A DNA stretch of 49,037 bases from Candidatus Uhrbacteria bacterium (GTDB taxonomy: Bacteria; Patescibacteriota; Patescibacteriia; JACQRZ01), in NCBI GenBank assembly GCA_023246955.1, contig JAHFHK010000003.1, forward strand, positions 1 through 49,037, read 5' to 3'. Made by a program: the position numbers and the translations under genes. The notes under the pieces were generated by a model. That model was not told where the DNA came from and did not search any database. It saw nothing but the letters and a program-made list of their open reading frames with translations. Positions within the stretch are counted from its first letter, which is position 1, and each line of letters starts with the position of its first letter. Below, one piece after another: positions 1 through 9,804 of this stretch.

Positions 1-1
1 C

Positions 2-502
2 ATCATTGTTGCGACCGCATTTTCAGTCAACGAAATCGACGGGCTCGATGGTCTTGCGGGGGGGACGCTCCTTTCTGCATTTTTTTCCTTTGGTGCTATC
101 GCATTCATCCAAGGCAAGTATGACCTCGCAACATTCTGTGGGGTGATCGTGGGGTCTCTCCTCGCATTTCTGTGGTTCAATATCTACCCCGCAAAGTTCT
201 TCATGGGAGATACGGGTTCGATGTCTCTCGGGATCACGCTCGGGATCGTAGCAATGCTCACAAATTCTGCGCTGTTGCTGCCGATCATCGGAATCCTGTT
301 TGTACTCGAGTCGCTGTCTGCACTCATTCAGATGGCATCCAAAAAATTCCGCAAAAAGAAAGTATTCCTTTCGGCGCCGATTCATCATCACTTTGAAGCA
401 CTGGGGTGGGCAGAGCCAACGATCGTCATGCGCTTTTGGGTTATATCATGGGTCATGGCAGTCGTGGGGGTTATCATAACGCTCGTTGAGCGAGGATTTT
501 AA
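2..502 (+). CDS. mraY: Phospho-N-acetylmuramoyl-pentapeptide transferase MraY, C-terminal part (5' end lies outside the window)
   Basis: The frame is open from nt 2. It reads NEIDGLDGLAGG and MGDTGSMSLG, followed by hydrophobic helices, and sits first in the dcw gene order. Confidence 0.9.
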   Translation: MIVATAFSVNEIDGLDGLAGGTLLSAFFSFGAIAFIQGKYDLATFCGVIVGSLLAFLWFNIYPAKFFMGDTGSMSLGITLGIVAMLTNSALLLPIIGILFVLESLSALIQMASKKFRKKKVFLSAPIHHHFEALGWAEPTIVMRFWVISWVMAVVGVIITLVERGF

Positions 503-514
503 AAAAATGAATGT

Positions 515-2005
515 ATGGGAGGGCTCTTTCAAAATAAAAAAGTAGTAATCATGGGCCTAGGGATACATGGCGGTGGCTTGGCAGCCGCGCAGTGGTTTTT
601 TAAAGAAGGGGCAGAAGTCATTGTGACGGATACAAAGGATCGAGACGCACTAAGCAGATCCATCCACGAGCTTGACGAATATTGTCGCAGAGAACGACTC
701 TCTCACGGAAAGAAAAAATACCACAGCATAGAATATATACTCGGAGGGCATCGCGAGAAGGATTTTGAGACCGCAGACCTTATAGTGCGCAATCCCGGCG
801 TCCCTCCGACATCTCGATTCCTCGCGATAGCACGAGAGAAGGGGGTTCCTATCGAGAATGAAGCAAGCCTATTTTTGAAACTCACTCCCGGACTCTATAC
901 AATCGGAGTAACGGGAACACGAGGGAAATCCACCACCACATCACTCTTGTACCAAATGCTCTACGCGATGCGCCCGGGAACACGGATGGGAGGCAATATT
1001 GCGACGAGTGCGCTGTTTGGACTTCTCGATATCGCACGAGAAAGAAATGCAAAAATGGGTGACCCAATCGTCATGGAACTTTCGAGCTGGCAGCTTGAAT
1101 CCCTCGCGGATAGCCACCAAAGTCCGACGCTTGCTCTGATGACCAACATATATCCAGATCATCTTGATCGCCATACGTCCATGGAGGAATATATTGGCGC
1201 AAAGAAAAACATATACCTTTTCCAAAAACCAGGCGAACGCGTAGTGATGAATTATGACAACGCGATAACACGGGAGCTAGGAGAAGAACTCGGAGAGGAG
1301 AGAGTCCTCTGGTTTTCACAAAAAAATCCAAAACTCAAAAAAGGAGCATTCGTTACTACGGGGCACAGCCACGGTGGACAAAAGGGAGAAGAAGAGATTC
1401 ATATTCGTCTCCACGGCAAAGAGGAGCGTATATGTGCACTCAAAGATATTCCCTTGCCCGGAGAGCACATGGTGGATACCGTTCTCAGAGCGGCGATGGC
1501 GGCCCGCTGGTTTGGCGTTCCGGCGAATATGATTGCAGATGCGATTGCAGCATTCAAAGGCGTCCCAGGAAGGCTAGAGTTTTTGGGATACCAAAAAGAC
1601 CGATATGTATACAACGACACGACCGCGACGACTCCCGAGGCAACACGCGCAGCACTCCAGGCACTCGAGAAGCATAATGGATCGCTCTATCTTATCGCAG
1701 GAGGATCACACAAAAACCTAGACTTCACAGAGCTGGGAAAAGATATTGCCAAAGACGTGGCAGGAGTCGTGCTCTTTTCTGGAACGGCAACACCCCATCT
1801 GGCCACCGCGATAGGGGACGCAGGATACAAAGGCCCACTAGAAATGGCAAACAGCATGGAGGAGGCAGTCATGAAGGCATGGAAGATGTCGCGCCGTGAT
1901 GATACAATACTCTTGTCGCCCGCATGTGCGAGCTTTGGCATGTTCCTCCATGAATTCGACCGAGGCGATCGTTTTATACAAGCCGTCAAAGCTATCCAAA
2001 AATAG
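515..2005 (+). CDS. murD: UDP-N-acetylmuramoylalanine--D-glutamate ligase
   Basis: N-terminal Rossmann motif VVIMGLGIHGGG and Mur ligase P-loop GVTGTRGKSTTTSLL. Lies between mraY and ftsW. Confidence 0.93.
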   Translation: MGGLFQNKKVVIMGLGIHGGGLAAAQWFFKEGAEVIVTDTKDRDALSRSIHELDEYCRRERLSHGKKKYHSIEYILGGHREKDFETADLIVRNPGVPPTSRFLAIAREKGVPIENEASLFLKLTPGLYTIGVTGTRGKSTTTSLLYQMLYAMRPGTRMGGNIATSALFGLLDIARERNAKMGDPIVMELSSWQLESLADSHQSPTLALMTNIYPDHLDRHTSMEEYIGAKKNIYLFQKPGERVVMNYDNAITRELGEELGEERVLWFSQKNPKLKKGAFVTTGHSHGGQKGEEEIHIRLHGKEERICALKDIPLPGEHMVDTVLRAAMAARWFGVPANMIADAIAAFKGVPGRLEFLGYQKDRYVYNDTTATTPEATRAALQALEKHNGSLYLIAGGSHKNLDFTELGKDIAKDVAGVVLFSGTATPHLATAIGDAGYKGPLEMANSMEEAVMKAWKMSRRDDTILLSPACASFGMFLHEFDRGDRFIQAVKAIQK

Positions 2006-2010
2006 ACATC

Positions 2011-3162
2011 ATGAAAAAAATCATCAACGCGTTCTGGTCACTGCCACTATTCAAGGGATCAAAAGGAAAGCCCGACTTATGGTTCGTCGGGGGCTTTGTC
2101 GTGCTGTGCGTATTCGGGCTCATCATGCTTTCCTCTGCATCGAATGTCGTCGCGTATAGCCGTTTTGGAACACCGTATTATTTTTTTATCCATCAACTAT
2201 TCAGTGGCTTTCTTCCTGGAGTCGTGGTTCTCTATCTTGCCTCAAAGATCGACTACCATATATGGAAAAAATTCGCACTTCCTCTATTCATAACAGCAAT
2301 GGTGCTCCTTGCAGTGGTGTTGATACCAGGGTTGGGACTGAGCGCAAAAGGGGCGAGTCGATGGATTGTGTTGGGGCCTATCAGTATCCAGCCGGCAGAG
2401 ATTGCAAAGCTTGCATTAATCTTGTATTTGGCAGCATGGTTCGATAAGCGCAGCGACAAAGAGGTAAAGGACTTCGTCTATGGGTTCATCATCTTTGCGG
2501 TAATCGTTGTTGCCATGGCACTGTTGATCATCGCTCAGCCCGACCTAGGAACAGTATCGGTAATCGGGATCATCGCCTTTGTGATGTATTTTGTCGCAGG
2601 AGCAAGCATGGGGCATATACTCCTCGCAATAGGAGGTGCATTCAGTACGCTCGCGGTTCTCATCAAAATAAAACCACACGCATTTCAGCGCTTTACCGTG
2701 TTCCTTCACCCCGAATATGATCCGCTCGGCATCGGATACCACATCAATCAGGCGCTTCTCGCAATCGGATCAGGAGGGGTGTTTGGCAGAGGGTTCGGGC
2801 ATTCACGACAGAAGTTCAACTATTTGCCGGAAGTATTTGGAGATTCTATCTTTGCCGTCATCGCCGAAGAGCTCGGTATGGTATTCTCGGTACTCCTCAT
2901 ATCACTCTACGCGTTTCTTGCATTTCGCATGATGCGTATCGCGCGTCTTGCACCGGATAAGTTCGGGAAATATATCGCAACAGGGGTTATGACATGGATC
3001 ACGTATCAGGCGCTCGTGAACATCGGAGCTATGCTTTCTATTATTCCGCTCACGGGGGTAACATTGCCGTTCGTAAGCTACGGAGGATCATCCCTGCTTA
3101 CACTAATGGCGGGGGTAGGAATTCTTTTGAATATTTCCCGTCAATCAAAACAACCTTCGTAA
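2011..3162 (+). CDS. ftsW: SEDS-family peptidoglycan glycosyltransferase FtsW/RodA
   Basis: Polytopic membrane protein with SEDS motifs (QPAEIAKLALILYLA, SGGVFGRGFG, LPFVSYGGSS) in the dcw position. Confidence 0.92.
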   Translation: MKKIINAFWSLPLFKGSKGKPDLWFVGGFVVLCVFGLIMLSSASNVVAYSRFGTPYYFFIHQLFSGFLPGVVVLYLASKIDYHIWKKFALPLFITAMVLLAVVLIPGLGLSAKGASRWIVLGPISIQPAEIAKLALILYLAAWFDKRSDKEVKDFVYGFIIFAVIVVAMALLIIAQPDLGTVSVIGIIAFVMYFVAGASMGHILLAIGGAFSTLAVLIKIKPHAFQRFTVFLHPEYDPLGIGYHINQALLAIGSGGVFGRGFGHSRQKFNYLPEVFGDSIFAVIAEELGMVFSVLLISLYAFLAFRMMRIARLAPDKFGKYIATGVMTWITYQALVNIGAMLSIIPLTGVTLPFVSYGGSSLLTLMAGVGILLNISRQSKQPS

Positions 3163-3165
3163 TCT

Positions 3166-4245
3166 ATGCGCATACTCTACACGGGAGGGGGATCGCTCGG
3201 ATCAGTAACGCCACTCTTGGCTGTCCACGAATCCTTGGCATCCTCTCAAAAAAAATCATACAGCGCAGCATGGATAGGGACATGCAGTGGACCGGAGCGC
3301 GCCCTCATTAATGAATATCACATTCCTTTTGACACGGTACCCACCGCAAAGCTCCGCCGATATTTTGATCTTCGCAACTTCCTTGATCCCTTCATTCTGA
3401 TAGGGGGAGTATTCCGTGCATTTTTTCTTTTAAAACGAATACGGCCAGACGTCGTGCTGAGCGCAGGAGGCTTTGTTGCAGTGCCAGTGATATGGGCAGC
3501 GTGGCTCCTCGGGATCAAAAGTATGCTCTTGCAGATAGACATCAAGCACGGCCTCGCAAATATTCTCACGGTGCAGCAAGCATCAACGGTCGCGGTGAGT
3601 TTTGAGGAACTGAAAGCCTTCTATGGAACAAAGGGGGTAGTAACGGGTATTCCCGTACGGGCAGCACTCGACCAATGGCGCGGCATTTCCAATACACAAC
3701 AACAAGCAATGAAAAAACGCCTTGGACTTCCTGCGAAGATTCCCACGGTGTTGATTGTGGGAGGCGGGCAAGGCGCAACAGGTATCAATGATTTAGTGGC
3801 CACGATGAGACCTTCACTCAAAGAAAAAGTGCATATCATACATATAACCGGAACAGGGAAGGGAGAGGAAAAGCGAGAAGAAGGATATTGGGCCTTTCCG
3901 CAGCTAGGGGCAGAGTATCTAGAATACTTGGCAACTGCCGATATTGTAGTCACGCGTGCAGGTATGGGATCGCTCGCAGAATGTGCAACCCTCGGCAAGC
4001 CGATGATTATAATTCCTATTCCCGATTCACACCAGGTGTATAACGCAGAGTATTTTGAAAAAAAGAAAGCAGCTATTTTCTTTGCGCAAGCGAAAGGTGC
4101 CGAGATGTTAGGGAGAGAGATACTGCGTTTCATAAAAGACGAGAGCGGAGCAAAAATGGGTACCAAAGCGTCGACACTCATCGACGGCGCAGGGGCAGCC
4201 CGGTGTGCCGCACAAATTATTTCCCTATGCGCAACAAAAAAATAA
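3166..4245 (+). CDS. murG: Undecaprenyldiphospho-muramoylpentapeptide beta-N-acetylglucosaminyltransferase
   Basis: N-terminus reads YTGGGSLGSVTPLLAV. GT28 C-terminal motifs are present (VVTRAGMGSLAECATLGKPMIIIP). dcw context. Confidence 0.9.
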   Translation: MRILYTGGGSLGSVTPLLAVHESLASSQKKSYSAAWIGTCSGPERALINEYHIPFDTVPTAKLRRYFDLRNFLDPFILIGGVFRAFFLLKRIRPDVVLSAGGFVAVPVIWAAWLLGIKSMLLQIDIKHGLANILTVQQASTVAVSFEELKAFYGTKGVVTGIPVRAALDQWRGISNTQQQAMKKRLGLPAKIPTVLIVGGGQGATGINDLVATMRPSLKEKVHIIHITGTGKGEEKREEGYWAFPQLGAEYLEYLATADIVVTRAGMGSLAECATLGKPMIIIPIPDSHQVYNAEYFEKKKAAIFFAQAKGAEMLGREILRFIKDESGAKMGTKASTLIDGAGAARCAAQIISLCATKK

Positions 4246-4880
4246 CCCTCGCAGCGGTGGTACCCGCATACAACGAAGCCGAGAATATCGGGACAGTACT
4301 CGCTATCCTCAAAAAATGTCCCCGCATTGACGAGATTATTGTCGTCGATGACGGTTCAGCCGACAAGACATCACAAGTCGCAGCCAAATACGGAGTGACC
4401 GTCATAAAGCAAAAGAATCAAGGGAAAGGTGTAGCGATGAAAACGGGAGTAAAGGCAACAGACGCACCCTACATCTTCTTTGCCGATGCCGATATCCTCG
4501 GATTCAACAACGAACATCTCGAAGCACTCGCGCGTCCCGTGATCGAAAAGAACGCGATGATGACCGTCGGACTACGCGACAGAGGAAGTTTCCTAGTCTG
4601 GCTCCTCCCCAAAATCGCCCCCGTCCTCGGCGGTGAACGGGTAATGCCCCGCGAGCTCTTCCTCTCCCTATCGGGGCCCGCGACACGAGACTTTGGTATT
4701 GAGACAGTAATGAATGCCTACTGTGCCAAAAAACACCTTGCTGTCGAATACGTTTCGCTAAAAGGTGTGACACAAGTCATCAAAGAAAAAAAGTACGGCT
4801 GGTGGCGAGGATTTCGTGCACGTGTTAGGATGGTGGGTCAGATCCTCCGCGCCGAGTGGGGAGTGATGCGCATGAAATAA
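4227..4880 (+). CDS. Family 2 glycosyltransferase inserted in the dcw cluster
   Basis: GT2 signature AAVVPAYNEAENI...VVDDGSADKT...FADADI. The start is taken at the ATG 24 nt inside the track ORF and overlaps the murG end. Confidence 0.8.
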   Translation: MRNKKITLAAVVPAYNEAENIGTVLAILKKCPRIDEIIVVDDGSADKTSQVAAKYGVTVIKQKNQGKGVAMKTGVKATDAPYIFFADADILGFNNEHLEALARPVIEKNAMMTVGLRDRGSFLVWLLPKIAPVLGGERVMPRELFLSLSGPATRDFGIETVMNAYCAKKHLAVEYVSLKGVTQVIKEKKYGWWRGFRARVRMVGQILRAEWGVMRMK

Positions 4881-6292
4881 TGATAATAAAGACCACGCCC
4901 CGCAGCGGTCTCACAGGCTATATGAACATATTTACTCCAGGAAAACACATACACTGCATCGGTATCAAGGGGGTGGGGATGACCGCCCTTGCCCAGCTTT
5001 TGTCGCGCCGAGGGGTGCAAGTTACCGGTTCTGACGTGGATGAAAAATTCTTCACCGACGCTGTGCTCGCGAAAGAAGGAATAGCGGTGGTGTCGTTTGG
5101 TGAAGCAGATATGGAAGGAGTCGATGCGGTAGTATATTCAACCGCATACGGGGATACGAATGTTGATATGCAAGGCGCAAAGGAACACGACATACCACGC
5201 TACTCATATCCCGAGGCAATAGCCCAGCTCTTTAACGGATCGCAAGGGATTGCAATTGCAGGGTCTCATGGGAAGACAACGACAACAGCACTGGCTGGGT
5301 ATGTCTTCTCACAAATCGGCGCAGATCCTACAGTAATCGTAGGGTCGAACGTACCACAGTTCGGGGGGAATATCTTGGTAGGGAAGAGCGACATGATGAT
5401 CCTCGAGGCGGATGAATATCAGAACAAGCTTGAACTCTATCAACCCCAGCACGCAATGGTGACGAGCATCGACTACGACCATCCCGATTTTTTCCCCAAC
5501 CCAGAAGAATACGAAAAAGTTTTTAAGAATTTTATCGAAAAGATCCCCGGTATCGTCGTGCTCTGTATCGATGATGCGGGGATAGAAAAAATACTCCCAA
5601 CGCTTTCTCCGCAAGGGACGATAATAACGTATGGTTCAAAAGAAGGCGCTCAGTATCGCTACACACGCGAAGGTACGGAAGGAGTATTTACAATAACGGA
5701 CCCATCAGGAGCCCGACACACACTAAAGAATGCCCTCATCGGCAAACACAATCAAGAGAACGCCTGCGGAGTATTCGCACTCATCCATGCGCTCAAGATC
5801 CCCTACGATCCACAGAAGCTCGAAGAAGCCTTCGCCTCATTCCAGGGAACAGAGCGCCGCTGCCAGAAGAAGGGAGTGTGGCAGGGCGTAGTAATTATAG
5901 ACGACTACGCACATCACCCAACAGAGATCCGTGCAACCCTCGCAGCACTACGAGAACAATACCCCGACCAACGTATCGCCTGCGTCTTCCACGCCCATAC
6001 CTTCAGCCGCACTGAGAGCCTCTTCGCAGACTTTGCGGAAAGTTTCAAAGACGTCGATACCGTCCTCGTCCTCGACGTATACGGATCCGCACGAGAGAGC
6101 AAAGGAACCATGACCTCACAAAAACTCACCGACGCGATCAACCACCACTCCCATAACGCGGTCTCAACCCCGACGCATGACGACACATTTCAGTATCTCA
6201 TCACGCATCACGATTCCTTCGATGTAGTAGTAACGATGGGCGCAGGCGACGTATGGAAGATCGGCGATCAACTCCTCCACTATGCCAATTAG
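4880..6292 (+). CDS. murC: UDP-N-acetylmuramate--L-alanine ligase
   Basis: IHCIGIKGVGMTALAQLL and P-loop IAGSHGKTTTTAL. ATG 4880 overlaps the GT2 stop (TAATG coupling). An alternative start lies at 4922. Confidence 0.9.
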   Translation: MIIKTTPRSGLTGYMNIFTPGKHIHCIGIKGVGMTALAQLLSRRGVQVTGSDVDEKFFTDAVLAKEGIAVVSFGEADMEGVDAVVYSTAYGDTNVDMQGAKEHDIPRYSYPEAIAQLFNGSQGIAIAGSHGKTTTTALAGYVFSQIGADPTVIVGSNVPQFGGNILVGKSDMMILEADEYQNKLELYQPQHAMVTSIDYDHPDFFPNPEEYEKVFKNFIEKIPGIVVLCIDDAGIEKILPTLSPQGTIITYGSKEGAQYRYTREGTEGVFTITDPSGARHTLKNALIGKHNQENACGVFALIHALKIPYDPQKLEEAFASFQGTERRCQKKGVWQGVVIIDDYAHHPTEIRATLAALREQYPDQRIACVFHAHTFSRTESLFADFAESFKDVDTVLVLDVYGSARESKGTMTSQKLTDAINHHSHNAVSTPTHDDTFQYLITHHDSFDVVVTMGAGDVWKIGDQLLHYAN

Positions 6293-7202
6293 TATTCGTG
6301 AAAATGAACCCCTAGCGCGCTACACCACCTTCAAGATCGGAGGCCCGGCTCGCTTTTTTATTCCCACAAAATCCGAAGAAGATATCATCGAAGCCGTACG
6401 CTTTGCCGCCTCGCAAAACCTCCCCTACATATTCCTCGGGGGAGGGACGAATACCCTCGTGAGCGATGAAGGATATCGGGGTGTAGTGATTCGTAACGAG
6501 GATCGCACCGTATCGTTCAACGGCCCGCTCGTGTATGCCTCCGCAGGAGCAATTCTTGCCGTGATGGTGCACGAAGCAGTGCAAAGAGGACTCTCGGGTA
6601 TGGAATGGGCATTCGGTGTACCAGGAACCGTAGGAGGAGCAGTGCGAGGGAACGCCGGTGCATTCGGACTTTCTACCTACGAATCGATATATCGTGTTCG
6701 TGTACTCCAGCCAGATTCATATCGCGTACGTATGCTCGATCGTGATGAGCTAACCTGGGGATACCGCGATAGCATTTTCAAACACAATCCGCTTATCATC
6801 CTCGCCGCCGAGTTCATGTTCACCCCCATTGATATCGAGCAATGCAAAACGAATCTCGAATTGTATCTCGCCCGCAAAAAAGAAAGCCAACCCCTCGGCA
6901 AAGAATGCGCCGGATGTGTTTTCAAAAATCCGCACATTCAATCCTTCCCCAAAGATGTATCGCTCCCGATAGAATTTTTTCAAAAAGAATACGTACCCGC
7001 CGGATGGCTCGTCGAACAAGTGAATCTGAAGCATCATGTCATCGGCGGTGCAACCATTTCAGGAAAACACGGAAACTTTTTTCTCAATGCAAACCACGCA
7101 ACCGCCGCAGATGTGGTACAATTAATCACACTCGCGAAAGAGCGCGTGTATGAAAAGTTCGGCGTCACCCTCGAAGAAGAAATAGTCTATCTCGGGTTCT
7201 AG
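6282..7202 (+). CDS. murB: UDP-N-acetylenolpyruvoylglucosamine reductase
   Basis: LARYTTFKIGGPARFF and FLGGGTNTLV (FAD-binding) plus a MurB C-terminal region. Overlaps the murC end by 11 nt. Confidence 0.9.
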   Translation: MPISIRENEPLARYTTFKIGGPARFFIPTKSEEDIIEAVRFAASQNLPYIFLGGGTNTLVSDEGYRGVVIRNEDRTVSFNGPLVYASAGAILAVMVHEAVQRGLSGMEWAFGVPGTVGGAVRGNAGAFGLSTYESIYRVRVLQPDSYRVRMLDRDELTWGYRDSIFKHNPLIILAAEFMFTPIDIEQCKTNLELYLARKKESQPLGKECAGCVFKNPHIQSFPKDVSLPIEFFQKEYVPAGWLVEQVNLKHHVIGGATISGKHGNFFLNANHATAADVVQLITLAKERVYEKFGVTLEEEIVYLGF

Positions 7203-7232
7203 TTTTTCTCAAAAAATCCTCCCCATCATTGT

Positions 7233-8108
7233 ATGTTCCCCACCATCATTCTTTTGTTTTTCGTATGCGCCGGAATAGGCGCCGCAATGAGTATTGCAGC
7301 GGATAGAAAGATGAAGAGAGGCGAGAGGGGAGATGAAGAAAGAGAGGTGGCACTGATCGTCGATGGACTCGCGATGTCAGATGCGACAAACGATGACGAA
7401 GTATCTGCAGCCGCGCACGCATTCCGTGCACCCCTCGCAGAAGAGAAGTGGTATCTCGACCTGCTCATGGACCAGAGTGCAGGGAAGCTCAATGCAAAGC
7501 AAAAAGAATACCTCATACGCGCCCAGGAGAATAATACTCGGCTTACCACGATCGCAAACAATCTCCTCAACATATCACGCGTCACCAACGGCACGATGAT
7601 TGTCTGTCCCGAGACGGGGGATATAGTGGCGAGAACAAGAGAGATCGTCGACGCGCACGCGACGTGCATGGAAGAATACGCATGTACCGCGAGAATAACC
7701 GCACGCCCCGCAGCAATATTTTTGAATATCGATACCGACCTCTATAGCGAGATTCTAGGGCATCTCCTTATGAACGCAATGCAATACAACGAGAACAAGA
7801 ACCCCATCATCACCATCACTATCAAGAAAGAACCATCCCATATCACCGTATCAGTCACCGACAATGGGAAAGGAATGGCCACAAAGGAAAGCGCGCATAT
7901 TTTTAAAAAATTCTCTCGTACGCGCAAAGGAATCAAACGAGTTCCCGAAGGAAGTGGTCTTGGACTCCACGTCGCGCACACCATAGCGGCAAAACTAGGG
8001 GGATCACTCACCTATGCAAACACCACAAAGAAAGGATCGACATTTACACTAGCACTCCCCGCAGAAGGAGTGGCGCCACATAAGGGCACCCGCCCGCTCG
8101 CACGATAA
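7233..8108 (+). CDS. Membrane-anchored sensor histidine kinase with no adjacent response regulator
   Basis: N-terminal TM helix, H-box-like AAAHAFRAPLA, HATPase_c N/G boxes (LLMNAMQYN, VTDNGKGM, GSGLGLHVAHTIA). Confidence 0.75.
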   Translation: MFPTIILLFFVCAGIGAAMSIAADRKMKRGERGDEEREVALIVDGLAMSDATNDDEVSAAAHAFRAPLAEEKWYLDLLMDQSAGKLNAKQKEYLIRAQENNTRLTTIANNLLNISRVTNGTMIVCPETGDIVARTREIVDAHATCMEEYACTARITARPAAIFLNIDTDLYSEILGHLLMNAMQYNENKNPIITITIKKEPSHITVSVTDNGKGMATKESAHIFKKFSRTRKGIKRVPEGSGLGLHVAHTIAAKLGGSLTYANTTKKGSTFTLALPAEGVAPHKGTRPLAR

Positions 8109-8134
8109 TAACGCACACCCCCCACCATCAATCT

Positions 8135-8254
8135 ATGAACACCCACCTTCACAAAAATCAACGCGGCGTCTCGGTACTCGAGGTAGTGATATCTTTTGCG
8201 CTCCTCGCAGTACTGTGTGGAATCTCTGCATATATCGTCATGCAATATGCCTAG
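8135..8254 (+). CDS. 39-aa ORF with a prepilin-type N-terminal signal (pseudopilin-like stub)
   Basis: My own translation gives MNTHLHKNQRG|VSVLEVVISFALLAVLCGISAYIVMQYA. It has a G-x-S-x-L-E class III signal-like motif followed by a hydrophobic helix. It is too short to appear in the ORF track. Confidence 0.3.
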   Translation: MNTHLHKNQRGVSVLEVVISFALLAVLCGISAYIVMQYA

Positions 8255-8954
8255 CAAGAAATCCCTACAAACAATCGTCGTCGATATAGGACTGCAAACA
8301 ACCGACGTGCTTCTTTTCAAAGGGGATACATGTGTTGGTCATTATGCGATCCACCTTGCAGGGGATGCCGTGACGCGTGCTATCGCAACACGCCTAGATA
8401 TCTCGATGGCGGAAGCAGAAGAGCTGAAGTGCGCAACGGAATTTTTTGAAGAAAAAAAGACGAAGAAAGTTAAAGGGAAAAAAGGAGCAAAGAAAGTGCC
8501 CATATCAGAAACCACAAAGAAGGTACGCGCAAGTGTCGAACCGATCGTGCAGGCGATTCTCGAGGGAGTGCAAGACGCAATAGAGATTACGAAGACCGAC
8601 GGAGGCTTCTCGCCGAGAGAGTGCATCCTCACGGGAGGATCCTCGGAAATGAAAGGCCTGGCGCACTATTGCGAGAGTATCCTCAAAATCCCCGTGAGTA
8701 TGAGGAACACTGCAACCAAAGCCACCCGAGACGAGCCCATGCAGATAGGGCAATACACACCCGATCTAGATGCCGCCAACCCATGGATCGACGAGTACGA
8801 CCCAGATGATAATAAACACGAAACACTGACTGACCTCCCCGCATCTACTTCTTCAAATGAGTATACCTTCATAACCCCGCTCACCACATTCTTTTCTGGC
8901 ATCCTCATAGGCATGCTCATCACCTACATCCTCCTCGGCGCCATAGGGCGATAA
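8247..8954 (+). CDS. Actin-like ATPase fragment (FtsA/PilM C-terminal half) with a C-terminal TM helix
   Basis: VVDIGLQTTDVLLF...IHLAGDAVTRAIA...AEAEELK and ILTGGSSEMKGLA match FtsA/PilM domain 2. No domain 1A/1C is encoded upstream. The C-terminus FFSGILIGMLITYILLGAI is hydrophobic. Confidence 0.6.
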   Translation: MPSKKSLQTIVVDIGLQTTDVLLFKGDTCVGHYAIHLAGDAVTRAIATRLDISMAEAEELKCATEFFEEKKTKKVKGKKGAKKVPISETTKKVRASVEPIVQAILEGVQDAIEITKTDGGFSPRECILTGGSSEMKGLAHYCESILKIPVSMRNTATKATRDEPMQIGQYTPDLDAANPWIDEYDPDDNKHETLTDLPASTSSNEYTFITPLTTFFSGILIGMLITYILLGAIGR

Positions 8955-8989
8955 AAGACCATAATACAAAGGATTTCAGCCAAAAACGC

Positions 8990-9018
8990 TTGACAAAATG
9001 GCTGTTTTGTGTTATTAT
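8990..9018 (+). promoter_or_regulatory. Sigma-70-type promoter (TTGACA-N17-TATTAT)
   Basis: Exact -35 and a near-consensus -10 lie about 37 nt upstream of ATG 9055. A GAAGGAG RBS precedes the ATG. Confidence 0.6.
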
Positions 9019-9054
9019 TTCAGGTAACACTGTTCTTTTAGAAGGAGAAATACA

Positions 9055-9621
9055 ATGAGCAAGCTCGTTAATAATGCTTCACGCGAAGCGGTTATTATAG
9101 AAAGAATACCATTCCCCGTCTGGAAAACCATCGAACTGGGCACCTACCATAGCGTTGATGATCTTTGGAGCACACTAAAGTATCAAGGGTACAAATTGGA
9201 AGACTGGAGCAAGATGATAAAAAGATTCTCTTTCGTGCTAGAAAAAGTAAAAACAAGAATTGATCTTGTTAAGGTCACCCCAGCCGCCCTTGGCCTTACC
9301 GAGGAAACTGCAACTTTACAGGAGATATACAAATGTGTACGTGGATATGGTCTAAAACCATGTCCTATGGAGGTGGCACCTCAATTACGCCTCCAATACA
9401 GGAATCAGCCGATAGGGGAGTGTCTCAAGGTTTCGATAGAGAATTTTGGCAACTTTAACGAAGAGCTTTATGCATTCGGTATAGAACACAACTACGGGAG
9501 AGAGTTGCGGCTAGATGAATATCATATTGAACCTGACGGTACATGGTTTCCTGATATATCTTGGATCTTTACCCCCTCGGGAGTCGTAGGCGGAGGCGCA
9601 ATACAGACCTTTAGTCCTTAA
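9055..9621 (+). CDS. Hypothetical protein; stand-alone unit with lower GC
   Basis: 188-aa ORF with its own promoter, RBS and terminator. No recognisable motifs. Visibly more AT-rich than its neighbours. Confidence 0.6.
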   Translation: MSKLVNNASREAVIIERIPFPVWKTIELGTYHSVDDLWSTLKYQGYKLEDWSKMIKRFSFVLEKVKTRIDLVKVTPAALGLTEETATLQEIYKCVRGYGLKPCPMEVAPQLRLQYRNQPIGECLKVSIENFGNFNEELYAFGIEHNYGRELRLDEYHIEPDGTWFPDISWIFTPSGVVGGGAIQTFSP

Positions 9622-9630
9622 TTTCAAAAA

Positions 9631-9661
9631 GTCCTCGTTCGCAATGACGAGAACTTTTTTA
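9631..9661 (+). terminator. Rho-independent terminator
   Basis: Hairpin CCTCGT...ACGAGAA followed by TTTTTT. Confidence 0.6.
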
Positions 9662-9804
9662 TACGATTAAATCTTAATTGAAGGTTCATGTTCACAACAT
9701 TACCCCGCAATACGAATCTGGGTATTTTCTGCAATATACCCGCCTTGTCGAAGCTCCCCACTTGTGGTAAGGTGATGGGGTAATTTTTTCAAAAAAATCC
9801 CGAT

